Source: a virus (taxonomy: Duplodnaviria; Caudoviricetes). From it: a stretch of 64,000 nt of DNA. The stretch covers positions 160,001 through 224,000 of the IMG/VR virus record IMGVR_UViG_3300037467_003067; one strand, given 5' to 3'. Positions 39,936-48,849 of this stretch are shown here, piece by piece; position 1 is the first letter of the stretch, and each line of letters begins with the position of its first letter. The translations under genes and the position numbers were made by a program. The notes under the pieces are model-generated. The model saw only the letters and a list, made by a program, of their open reading frames with translations, made no database searches and was not told the DNA's origin.

Positions 39936-40187
39936 ATGGCTGAGGTCGCACGTAATCGCCTATCGGCTGCGAGGGCAGCACTCAAAGAACTTGATGTTGC
40001 CCTCAACCATGACCGAAAGGCATACGCCCTGCTAGACAAAGTTGCCGAAGCAGGGCGGCAACTGCTCCAGCCAATCTTGGAAGGCAAGATGCCCTCGAAG
40101 TCGAATATCGACCGATTTCGAGGGGCAGTCCAAGAGGCTGAATTGTTCGAACCGACACAAGAACCATTACCCGATCCTGAGGATTGA
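39936..40187 (+). CDS. Hypothetical protein
   Basis: MAEVARN... 83 aa in operon. Confidence 0.6.
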   Translation: MAEVARNRLSAARAALKELDVALNHDRKAYALLDKVAEAGRQLLQPILEGKMPSKSNIDRFRGAVQEAELFEPTQEPLPDPED

Positions 40188-40188
40188 C

Positions 40189-41091
40189 ATGAGCCGAGTG
40201 AAATGGATCATCGTTTGCCTGTTGGCTTTATCTACACAGGCAATCGCCAAGGACACTTACGTGGTCGTGGTGGATGCCAGCGGGTCGATGGAAGAGCGGG
40301 ATATCCCGGTCAAGGGCGGCTACATGAGCCGGATGAATGTCGCCAAAGAAGCCCTGAAACGGGTCCTCGTCAACCTCCAAGGAGATGTCGATCTCGGGAT
40401 TGTGGTGTTCTCGGCAGGCAATCTTCAAAACGATTGGGTCTATCCCATCGGGAGAGTTGTTCGCGAGAAGGTCGCAGCAGCGATCGACTTGCCTTCGTCC
40501 TATGGTGGGACTCCGCTCGGCGATTACATCAAGATCGGTGCCGACCAACTCCTGGCGAAGCGGGCGAAGGCGGGCAATTCGGGGCGATATCGCCTGATCC
40601 TGGTGACCGATGGCGAAAGCAATGAAGGTCACGATCCCGCCGAATGGTTGGCTGAGGTCAAACGCAAGGGAATCGAAGTCGATTTGATCGGTTTAGCAAT
40701 GTCGTCGGAGCACGGACTTGCCCGTCAGGTCATATCGCTCCCGACTCCAGGGACCTATCAGAACGCTGCGAGCATGGAGCAGTTGGTGGAAGCGGTCGCA
40801 AATTCCACCAAGGAAGCTCCCGTGACCGCAAGCGGCGGGATCGATCCGGTGATCTTCGAAGAGATTGCCCCATTGCCCGACAAGGTCTCCGAAGCGATGA
40901 TCAAGACCATCTCCTACTACGACAATACACCGATCGGAGAACAACCTTCGACGGTCTCCGTGGATGACCAGGGCAATATCATCACGACCTCTGCTGCCGA
41001 CGAAGGCAGTAATTGGTGGATGATCGCCCTTGGCGTCCTGGTCGTCGTAGTCTTCGGGGTGATCGTCATCATGGTATTGTCGTCGCTCTAA
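40189..41091 (+). CDS. Exported vWA-domain protein with C-terminal TM anchor
   Basis: MIDAS motifs DASGSM, GGTPL, VTDGE; signal peptide and C-terminal hydrophobic helix. Confidence 0.88.
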   Translation: MSRVKWIIVCLLALSTQAIAKDTYVVVVDASGSMEERDIPVKGGYMSRMNVAKEALKRVLVNLQGDVDLGIVVFSAGNLQNDWVYPIGRVVREKVAAAIDLPSSYGGTPLGDYIKIGADQLLAKRAKAGNSGRYRLILVTDGESNEGHDPAEWLAEVKRKGIEVDLIGLAMSSEHGLARQVISLPTPGTYQNAASMEQLVEAVANSTKEAPVTASGGIDPVIFEEIAPLPDKVSEAMIKTISYYDNTPIGEQPSTVSVDDQGNIITTSAADEGSNWWMIALGVLVVVVFGVIVIMVLSSL

Positions 41092-41130
41092 CCTTCCGTC
41101 TCGCACCATGACCGATAAAGGGAGATCCTG

Positions 41131-42687
41131 ATGAAGAATATCAAGATTGCGGCGATTTGGATCTGTTTCGTTGTACTTCCGATTGCGGTCGTGGTGCGAT
41201 ATTACGTGATGCCCAAGCGGGCTGAACGGGTCGCCCAAGAGCAGCAACAACAAGGACGACAGAAGGTAGCGGCGACCGGGGCGAGATCCCACTATGACAA
41301 GAAGATACGCATCGTCCTGGACAGTTTCTCGGGATATTGGGCGTTTCGATCGCCTGAATTTGCCCGACAACTCGGAGGATTCGGGATCATGCCCGAACTC
41401 TACGACGACGGGGCGAACTATCCGGGTAGATACGCATTGCTTCAGTCGGGCGGAATCGATGCCGCCGTCTTCACGGTCGACGCTTACCTCAGCACGGCTG
41501 CGAAATTCGCCGAGAAGAACCCCGACGCCACCCTCGACCAGAAGTTGCCAGGGACAATCGCCTTGGTGATCGATGAGACCAAAGGGGCGGATGCCTTGGC
41601 GGGGTACAAGGCAAAGTATCCCAATATCGACAGCCTCAACAAGCCCGATACCAAGTTCGTCCTCACGCCCAATTCGCCCAGCGAAGCTCTGTCTCGCGTG
41701 GTCTTCGGTTACTTCAACCTGAACCGGGTCGACCGCAATAAGTGCTTCGTCCACACCAAATCATCGACCGAGGTTTACGAGATCGCTCGCAAAGCCAAGC
41801 CCGACGCCTCACAGGTCTACGGCGTCTGGGAACCAGACCTCTCCAAATTACTCCAGAATCCGAATATCCACGTCATTGTGGACAGCAGCCGATTTCGCGG
41901 GTATATTGTGGATGTCCTCCTGTTCAACCGGAACTTCCTGATCGAGAATCACCAGACAGCCAAGGATGTCATCGTTGCCTATCTCCGAACCCAATACGAA
42001 CGAAGAAACATGCTTCCCCAGGCTGTCAAAAGCGATGCCCTGCTCGCCTCCAATCTGTCCCTGAGCGACCAGCAAGCGAATCGCACGGTCCAAGGCATCT
42101 GGTGGAAGAACACGAGCGAAAACTATGGACACCTCGGAGTCACGACCGATTCGTCGCTCCAGAACATCGAGAATATCATCCGTCAGAATGCGGATATTTT
42201 GATCAAATCTGGGGCGATCGATTCCGACCCGTCCGAAGGACAACCGAACTACCTCTACTACCCCAAGATCCTCCAGGAATTGAAGGATGAAGGCTTTCAT
42301 CCCGGAGTGTCCACGGATTCGGCTGAGGAAACGGTCCGTGCAGAGAAGATATTGCCAGAGTTGAACGAAGATCAGTGGAATGCTCTCCACAAGATCGGGA
42401 CGCTGAAGATCGATGAATTGGTCTTCGCGAGGGGCAGCAGCGAGTTGACTGAGAATGCCAAGGGCAATTTAAACAAGTTGGCGGAAAGCCTGAGAGCCTG
42501 GCCGACCTACTACGTGACCATCCAGGGCAACAGTGCCGACGACCGGGAACTGGCACTGGAACGAGCCAGGACGGCTGAGGCTTACTTGGTCGACAAAGGG
42601 ATTGAACGAAGTCGAGTCCGCGCACTTGCTGGGAAACCGACCGGTGCGACCAGGGTGACGTTTACCTTGGGACAGCAGAGTTATTGA
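41131..42687 (+). CDS. Membrane-anchored substrate-binding + OmpA-like fusion
   Basis: N-terminal TM; DSFSGY, DETKGAD, WEP; VFARGSSEL...LALERAR OmpA-like domain. Confidence 0.8.
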   Translation: MKNIKIAAIWICFVVLPIAVVVRYYVMPKRAERVAQEQQQQGRQKVAATGARSHYDKKIRIVLDSFSGYWAFRSPEFARQLGGFGIMPELYDDGANYPGRYALLQSGGIDAAVFTVDAYLSTAAKFAEKNPDATLDQKLPGTIALVIDETKGADALAGYKAKYPNIDSLNKPDTKFVLTPNSPSEALSRVVFGYFNLNRVDRNKCFVHTKSSTEVYEIARKAKPDASQVYGVWEPDLSKLLQNPNIHVIVDSSRFRGYIVDVLLFNRNFLIENHQTAKDVIVAYLRTQYERRNMLPQAVKSDALLASNLSLSDQQANRTVQGIWWKNTSENYGHLGVTTDSSLQNIENIIRQNADILIKSGAIDSDPSEGQPNYLYYPKILQELKDEGFHPGVSTDSAEETVRAEKILPELNEDQWNALHKIGTLKIDELVFARGSSELTENAKGNLNKLAESLRAWPTYYVTIQGNSADDRELALERARTAEAYLVDKGIERSRVRALAGKPTGATRVTFTLGQQSY

Positions 42688-43430
42688 CACAGGGAGTGGG
42701 TGGTATGGATTTCAAGTGGAACCTTCGGTTTGTCGCGGACCTTTTCAGCACACCTCAGTGCTTGGTGCCTCTGACATTGGGAGCCGTGGTCGTACTCTCG
42801 GGGTGGGCGATCAGTACGACCACGGTGATCGGATTAGGATTCGCCATCATGGGGATTGGGACCGCACTCGGGTTGACCCGCCTCATCAACGACCGGGAAG
42901 CCTTGGTCAAGGGCTTCCTGGCACGGGAGCGACAGGAAAAGATCGCCCTAGACGAGGCTCGACTGGTGGCTCTTGCGGAACAGTTGAAAAACTTTCCCGG
43001 CAAGGAAATCCGCCAGTGTTTGCGTGACCTCCGGGCGCTCAAGCTGTCGTTCGAGGAATCGATCGCCCAGCAAGATATCGCCAACTTCATTGATGAAGAT
43101 TTCCGAAACAAGTTCACTTCGCTGTTCTGGAAATCCATCGATATGATGGACAAGGCGGTTCGCCTGCAGAAGACGGCAGCAAACATGACGAACAAGGACG
43201 GCATTTATGCCGCTCGGGACAAGATTATTGGGGAGGTCGAAGAAAACACGGTCGCCCTGAGACAGAGCTTCGAGGGACTGACGGTTCTCGCTTTGACCCA
43301 CGACGAGGGAGCCTTGGACAATCTGAGGCAGGATTTAGATAGCAAATTGTCGGTGGCGACGGAGGTCGAAAACGAGTTGCGGGGAATCGGCAAGAGCGTG
43401 GTCGACGAGGGAATGAAGGAATACCTCTGA
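42684..43430 (+). CDS. Two-TM + coiled-coil membrane protein
   Basis: Hydrophobic hairpin followed by helical domain; start may be ATG 42705. Confidence 0.65.
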   Translation: MTQGVGGMDFKWNLRFVADLFSTPQCLVPLTLGAVVVLSGWAISTTTVIGLGFAIMGIGTALGLTRLINDREALVKGFLARERQEKIALDEARLVALAEQLKNFPGKEIRQCLRDLRALKLSFEESIAQQDIANFIDEDFRNKFTSLFWKSIDMMDKAVRLQKTAANMTNKDGIYAARDKIIGEVEENTVALRQSFEGLTVLALTHDEGALDNLRQDLDSKLSVATEVENELRGIGKSVVDEGMKEYL

Positions 43431-43508
43431 ATTCCTGTTAACATTCCTGCCGTTATGTGATAGAATGTTTTTCCAAGGGCGATTTCAAACAATACTAGGA
43501 GAAGACAG

Positions 43509-44450
43509 ATGTTCCGGTTTTTCGGATCGATTTTTCGGTGGGTGGGGCTGAAGCTGGGTCTCGTGAACAGCAGCATCGACGCGGCGAATGACCGTCTGCT
43601 CAAGAAGAACCCGGAATTGCTCCGTCGCGAGGGGCAATTGGCGCAGGAGGAATTGAAGGCGAATTATCGCGATCTCCACAAGGTGATCGCGGGCAAGGTC
43701 GCCTCCCGGAATCAGAAGGATGAGCGAATCCTAGCCAATACCAAGCGACTTGGCTTGGTCGCGAAAGCCAAGTCGGGTCAAATCACGACCAAGAATGGCA
43801 AGGACCGGATCGAGCAGATCGGGTACGATCTCTCGCAGTTGTCGACCGCTCGTACCAACGCGACCAAGAAACTCAAGGAAGTGGCGAACCGACTTGGCGT
43901 GACCGACACGAACTCCCCGGCTGCCCAGAACGATCCGGAATTCCTCCAGCACAGGACCGCATTGTCGAACTTCCTCCAGAAGGAGAAGGACCTGAAGAAC
44001 GAGCTCGACCAGATCGAGGCGAACTTGAGGTCTGACATCGAAACCGACACGACCGCAGTCAACAAGCTCAAGGGACAGTTGTCTCACGACAAGACCCGCT
44101 TGGAGAAGATGGAGCGGGACATCAACAACATCCCCGGTCAGATCGAAGAAGCCATCAACGAAATCATGGGCGCTGAGGAAGCCAAGCGACAGAACGAGAT
44201 CCTCAGGTCGATCGACACGTCCAACGCCGAGAATCGTCTGGCGAACATCGACCGCCTGAAGAAGACGGCGGTCGCAGAGGGCGAAGTCGCCAACGAGATG
44301 GCATCGCCCGTTCATCTTGACAGCGAGTACCTCAACTACACCAACTCGTCGGACGTGGACGACGAGATCAACGCCCTCCTCTCGGTGGGCAACACGACCA
44401 CCGCCGACAACGAAAAGACCGCCGAGGTCGACCAGTTGCCAGAAGGTTGA
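43509..44450 (+). CDS. PspA/IM30 (ESCRT-III-like) coiled-coil protein
   Basis: Amphipathic N-terminal helix MFRFFGSIFRW, NPELL motif, long heptad helices, C-terminal VDDEINALL. Confidence 0.65.
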   Translation: MFRFFGSIFRWVGLKLGLVNSSIDAANDRLLKKNPELLRREGQLAQEELKANYRDLHKVIAGKVASRNQKDERILANTKRLGLVAKAKSGQITTKNGKDRIEQIGYDLSQLSTARTNATKKLKEVANRLGVTDTNSPAAQNDPEFLQHRTALSNFLQKEKDLKNELDQIEANLRSDIETDTTAVNKLKGQLSHDKTRLEKMERDINNIPGQIEEAINEIMGAEEAKRQNEILRSIDTSNAENRLANIDRLKKTAVAEGEVANEMASPVHLDSEYLNYTNSSDVDDEINALLSVGNTTTADNEKTAEVDQLPEG

Positions 44451-44542
44451 TCAGACCAGCACTGAGGTATACAGACAGCCGGATGCCTCAGTGTCCTTTT
44501 TAGGCTGGAACCGAACTGCTTCAAGACAAGAGGTCGAATCCG

Positions 44543-45664
44543 ATGAAACGTCAGTGGTACGCAATTACGGCAATCTTGATCGTTGGTCTGGTGGGATGCG
44601 GTGGGACCAATCCTGCCGGGCGTCCGGCACCGAAGCCTGAGACCACGGCTCAGAATGATGCCCCCGTGGTTCGGACGCTTGCCAACAGCGACTACCCAAG
44701 TTGGCAGGTCTTCGATGTCGCCCACAAGCTGGGTCTGGTCGACAAAGACCAGGGCAAGCTCACCGACTTGGAACGGAAGTACAACGTGGACTTCGTCCTC
44801 CGTCGCGGCGACTATACCGAGACCATCAGCATGTATGGCTCGGGAGCGGTGGATGCGGTGACCATTACAAACACCGACATCCTGGCACCGGCGTTGACGC
44901 GAGAGGCAGTCGCGATCTTCCCGACCAGTACGTCGCAGGGAGCCGACGCCTGCCTCGTGACCGGCATCGAAAAGATCGAAGACTTGAAGGGCGTGCCGAT
45001 CTATGGTGCCGAGAAATCGGTCTCCGAATACGCCTTCCGACGCCTTGCCAGCAAACACGGGCTTGAGTCCAAGGACATCGTCTGGAGGAATATGGACCCG
45101 TCGGCAGCCGCGACCGCGATGATCCAGAAGCAGAACGGCATCAACGCGATCATGGTCTGGGAGCCGCAGGTGGAAGAGGTCCTTAACCAGCGGAAGGATG
45201 CCAAGGATATCTTCAATTCCAGCGAGATTCCCGGCGAGGTCATCGACATGGTCGTGATGGGTAGGGACTCCTATGAGTCGCCGGGCGGCAAGGAGTTCGC
45301 GACCTTCCTGGCAGACGTCTACTACCAGACTTGCCGGAAGATCAACACCGACGACAAGGCGTTGACTCAATTGGGCGAGGATTTCGCCCACCTGGACGCC
45401 GAACAGATGAAGGTCGTGCGGTCCAAGTGCAAGTTCTTCGACACGCCCGAGCAGGGGATCGCCGTCTTCAAAGCCCCAACTTTTCCCGACGCGATGAAGA
45501 TGATCAGCCAGTTCAGTAAGGACCGCGACATCATCGCCAAGAACCCGATCGTGTCCTATCTTGACCCGTCCGGAATGGGCATCTATCCGGCGAAGGCGGA
45601 TACCAAGCCACCGGTCCCTAACTTGTCCTTCCTGACCAGCGTCATGGGACAGTTGGCTAAGTGA
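44543..45664 (+). CDS. ABC transporter substrate-binding lipoprotein (NitT/TauT type)
   Basis: Lipobox LVGC; YPSW, TNTD, SQGADA, VWEP, IPGEVIDM. Confidence 0.85.
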   Translation: MKRQWYAITAILIVGLVGCGGTNPAGRPAPKPETTAQNDAPVVRTLANSDYPSWQVFDVAHKLGLVDKDQGKLTDLERKYNVDFVLRRGDYTETISMYGSGAVDAVTITNTDILAPALTREAVAIFPTSTSQGADACLVTGIEKIEDLKGVPIYGAEKSVSEYAFRRLASKHGLESKDIVWRNMDPSAAATAMIQKQNGINAIMVWEPQVEEVLNQRKDAKDIFNSSEIPGEVIDMVVMGRDSYESPGGKEFATFLADVYYQTCRKINTDDKALTQLGEDFAHLDAEQMKVVRSKCKFFDTPEQGIAVFKAPTFPDAMKMISQFSKDRDIIAKNPIVSYLDPSGMGIYPAKADTKPPVPNLSFLTSVMGQLAK

Positions 45665-45685
45665 TCGTCGGTTCTCACTAACCTC

Positions 45686-45717
45686 AGCCCCGTTCTAGCC
45701 TGGACTAGAACGGGGCT
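45686..45717 (+). terminator. Intergenic hairpin between SBP and permease
   Basis: AGCCCCGTTCTAG-cctgga-CTAGAACGGGGCT. Confidence 0.6.
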
Positions 45718-45734
45718 TTCTCAATCAAGGACCA

Positions 45735-46652
45735 TTGACGGCAATGACTGCTTACAAGAAGCGAATCCATCGAGTCGCTAGCCCTTGGAACATCCGCCAG
45801 GCGATTTCCCTGCCAACGAGAGTGTTTCTCCAACTTGCGGGAATTGCGACCGTCATCGGTCTTTACTCCCTGATGAGTCAGCACCAGCATCAAGTCAATC
45901 CCAACGACACAACCGTCCCCAATTTCAGTCAATTTGTAGAAGGCTTCAAGACAATCACGGAAATCCGGTACGACGGCAACTCCTGGATCGTCACCGACAC
46001 CGCTGCGACCTTCGGACGACTAGCCAAGGGCATGATGATCAGTTTCGCCCTCTCCGTAGTCATTGGAACTCTGATGGGTTGTTACGAGGCAGTAGAATGC
46101 TATTTCGGGCTAATCGTCTCGGCGATGGCGAAGGAACCGGCAACTGCCATGCTTGCCGCCTTCTTCGTCCTGCTCGGGACCGGAGAGTCGCTGTATGTTG
46201 GCGTGGTGGTCTTTGGCACGTTGCCATGGATGTCTCAAGCTATATTCGAATCGGTCCGACATGACGTCCACCGCAATTCGATCAATAAGATGATCACGTT
46301 TAATGCCAGTCCATGTGAACAGATATACAACTTGGTTTACAAGAGGATTTTCCCCAAGATCATCGACTCGACCCGGATCGCGACCTCAGCCGCCATGATC
46401 GGTCTGCTCGCTGCCGAGATGCAAGTGGGCGACGTCGGCTTCGGCTACCGCATGAAAATCAACAGCCGTCGCCTGGACATGAGCGTGGTCTACCTCTACC
46501 TGACGATCCTCGTCCTGATCGGGTATTCGATCGACTACGCCTTCACTCAGTTCCGGATGTACTGGTGTCCCTGGTACGGTGAACAAAAAGAAAACAGGAC
46601 ATCTTGGGTTTCCATGCTGTTCTCTAGGTTCAAGAATCGGAGCAGGTCGTGA
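45735..46652 (+). CDS. ABC transporter permease (NitT/TauT type)
   Basis: Multiple TMs; degenerate EAA loop; AAEM..GDVGFGY. Confidence 0.85.
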   Translation: MTAMTAYKKRIHRVASPWNIRQAISLPTRVFLQLAGIATVIGLYSLMSQHQHQVNPNDTTVPNFSQFVEGFKTITEIRYDGNSWIVTDTAATFGRLAKGMMISFALSVVIGTLMGCYEAVECYFGLIVSAMAKEPATAMLAAFFVLLGTGESLYVGVVVFGTLPWMSQAIFESVRHDVHRNSINKMITFNASPCEQIYNLVYKRIFPKIIDSTRIATSAAMIGLLAAEMQVGDVGFGYRMKINSRRLDMSVVYLYLTILVLIGYSIDYAFTQFRMYWCPWYGEQKENRTSWVSMLFSRFKNRSRS

Positions 46653-46885
46653 AAAGAATAGCCCCAGCAAGCTTATGCCATCAATTACTTTTGGTAGCAT
46701 GTATGATCGACATTCTCACCTGTTGGTGTCAATTTCGATCGACGACAAGCTGCCAGGTGCTTTCTTACGTCGCATACGCTTTGCTCATCATCGGGATCGC
46801 AATCTTGCCCGATAACAGACCCCTCATTATTCAGCTTGAATACAAAAGGAAAGAGACCGACAATGTCATTGAAGCCGATTCTTGA
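46649..46885 (+). CDS. Possible small membrane protein
   Basis: Two hydrophobic stretches; GTGA overlap with permease. Confidence 0.35.
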   Translation: MKRIAPASLCHQLLLVACMIDILTCWCQFRSTTSCQVLSYVAYALLIIGIAILPDNRPLIIQLEYKRKETDNVIEADS

Positions 46886-47846
46886 GATCGAGGGTCTCTC
46901 CCATTCCAGGAACGGAGTGCCGGTCCTCAACGACATCAACCTCAAGATCATCCAAGGCGAGACGGTCGCGATCGTCGGTCCGAGCGGTTCGGGCAAGTCC
47001 ACCTTGCTCGACATCCTCATGGGAACCATCTCCCCCACACAGGGCGAAATCTACGTAGACAACGTCAAGGTAGTCGAGCCATCCCGAGACCGAGGCATCG
47101 TCTACCAGAAGTATACCTTGCTCGACCACGAAACTGTAGAAATGAATGTGGCAATTGGTCCGATCCTGGAAAAGACCAATTTGCCGCAACGCTTCCTCTG
47201 GTCCTTGAAAGACAAGCCGATCAAGTTCCTGAGGAAACTCAGGATCGGATCGGGCTGGAAGACCCTGGAAGATCCCTACCTGATAGAGAGTCACGTCTGG
47301 CTCTCCAAGGTGGGATTGAGCCATGCGGCGACTCGCTATCCGTCCCAACTCTCGGGCGGTATGCAGCAGCGATGCGCCATTGCTCAATGTATGATCATGA
47401 GACCAAAAATCCTTCTCATGGACGAACCCTTCGGCGCGCTCGACCCCAAGACGCGGCACGACTGTCAGCGGATCATGCTCGACATCGCTCAGGAGAATAT
47501 CGACGCGGTGGCAAACGACAAGGAGCCGCCCGTCACGGTTATCTTTGTGACCCATGATCGGGCTGAGGCGATCAAGATCGCCGACCGGGTGATCGCCATC
47601 TCTCAGTTTCACCCCGACGGAGAAAACGGGGCGACGATCGTCTTCGATGCGGCAACCCCGAATTTCGATCCCAAGAATCCCGTGACCTTCGATTTTCCCA
47701 AAGCCATGATGATGGAGGAAGATATCACGGCTGCAGCCATGGACCCGATGAACAATGGGGTCAAGAAACAGTTCCATACCTTTTGGCGGGACGTGGAACT
47801 CGGGAGTGTCAAGGGGATTTTCGCAGGCAAAAAAATGACATTTTGA
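46863..47846 (+). CDS. ABC transporter ATP-binding protein
   Basis: GPSGSGKS, LSGGMQQR, LLMDEPFGALD, VTHD. Confidence 0.96.
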   Translation: MSLKPILEIEGLSHSRNGVPVLNDINLKIIQGETVAIVGPSGSGKSTLLDILMGTISPTQGEIYVDNVKVVEPSRDRGIVYQKYTLLDHETVEMNVAIGPILEKTNLPQRFLWSLKDKPIKFLRKLRIGSGWKTLEDPYLIESHVWLSKVGLSHAATRYPSQLSGGMQQRCAIAQCMIMRPKILLMDEPFGALDPKTRHDCQRIMLDIAQENIDAVANDKEPPVTVIFVTHDRAEAIKIADRVIAISQFHPDGENGATIVFDAATPNFDPKNPVTFDFPKAMMMEEDITAAAMDPMNNGVKKQFHTFWRDVELGSVKGIFAGKKMTF

Positions 47847-47922
47847 TGACATTGGTGTTGTGAAATGCCAATGTCGTTGTTATAGTATTCCCTGCTGATG
47901 TTCAAGCCAAAGGATTCTTCCA

Positions 47923-48228
47923 ATGAATGCGGAAATGATTCTCAGCGGCGTCACGGCAAAATTCGCCGGATACACCTTGCTCACAACTCTTGGATTATGC
48001 CTTGCGGCTCTGGTCTTCGCGGGGGTCGCCAGTCTCATTGTCATGATGTGGGACGATGTGGGGCGGTATATCAAAGGCAAAAGGACCGAGTCTCAGCAAG
48101 ATATGGTCAAGAGAGAGATCGTCATTGCCAAGTCCAAGATCGATCTTCTTTATGAAGAGAACCGGTTGAGGGAATTGCTTGAGAAACGTGAAACGCAGTA
48201 TCGTCAGATTGAGGCATCGAAGAAGTAG
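47923..48228 (+). CDS. Small TM + coiled-coil protein
   Basis: 101-aa ORF with one long TM. Confidence 0.6.
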   Translation: MNAEMILSGVTAKFAGYTLLTTLGLCLAALVFAGVASLIVMMWDDVGRYIKGKRTESQQDMVKREIVIAKSKIDLLYEENRLRELLEKRETQYRQIEASKK

Positions 48229-48251
48229 CTCTGCTCTGGACGAAGGGGGTT

Positions 48252-48839
48252 TTGATGAACGCAAAGACACGTGCGGAATTGATTCAGTTGGTGCGGCGGG
48301 ACGCGCTCAAGGTTGGCGCATTCAAGCTCGCCAGCGGGAGAGAATCCCACTACTACCTCGATTGCCGGAAGATCACGCTCTCTGCTGAGGGATCGCATAC
48401 GGTGGCAACCGCGATCTGCTCAGCACTTCGCAACCAGCAGGTCGATGCGATCGGCGGATTGACCATGGGCGCAGATCCGATCGTCGGGGCGGTCCTGGCA
48501 CTCTCAGCACCCATCAGGACCAAGCCGCTCCGGGGCTTCCTCGTTCGCAAGGAAGTCAAGGGGCATGGTCTGGGGCGGTTGATCGAGGGGACTTTGCGTG
48601 ACGGCGACCGTGTCGCCATCATAGAGGATGTCACGACCACGGGCGAGTCCGCGTTGCGTGCTGCCAAGGTGGTTCAGGAGGTCGGAGGCATCGTAGATGT
48701 CGTGATCTCCATCGTGGATCGCATGGAAGGTGCCGACGAGACCTTCGCGTCGCATGGCTTGGCATTCCAGCCATTATTGACTATTCGTGAGTTGGGCGTC
48801 GAACCCCAGGTTTTTTCAGCGACTCAGGTTGCCGGTTGA
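48252..48839 (+). CDS. pyrE: Orotate phosphoribosyltransferase
   Basis: FKLASGRES.YY.D, VRKEVKGHG, IEDVTTTGES. Confidence 0.95.
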   Translation: MMNAKTRAELIQLVRRDALKVGAFKLASGRESHYYLDCRKITLSAEGSHTVATAICSALRNQQVDAIGGLTMGADPIVGAVLALSAPIRTKPLRGFLVRKEVKGHGLGRLIEGTLRDGDRVAIIEDVTTTGESALRAAKVVQEVGGIVDVVISIVDRMEGADETFASHGLAFQPLLTIRELGVEPQVFSATQVAG

Positions 48840-48849
48840 GGGCTTTGTC

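Noticed and set aside
38564-47852. Several long antisense ORFs (507, 353, 351, 328 aa)
   Set aside because: Mirror frames of well-supported GC3-rich + strand genes
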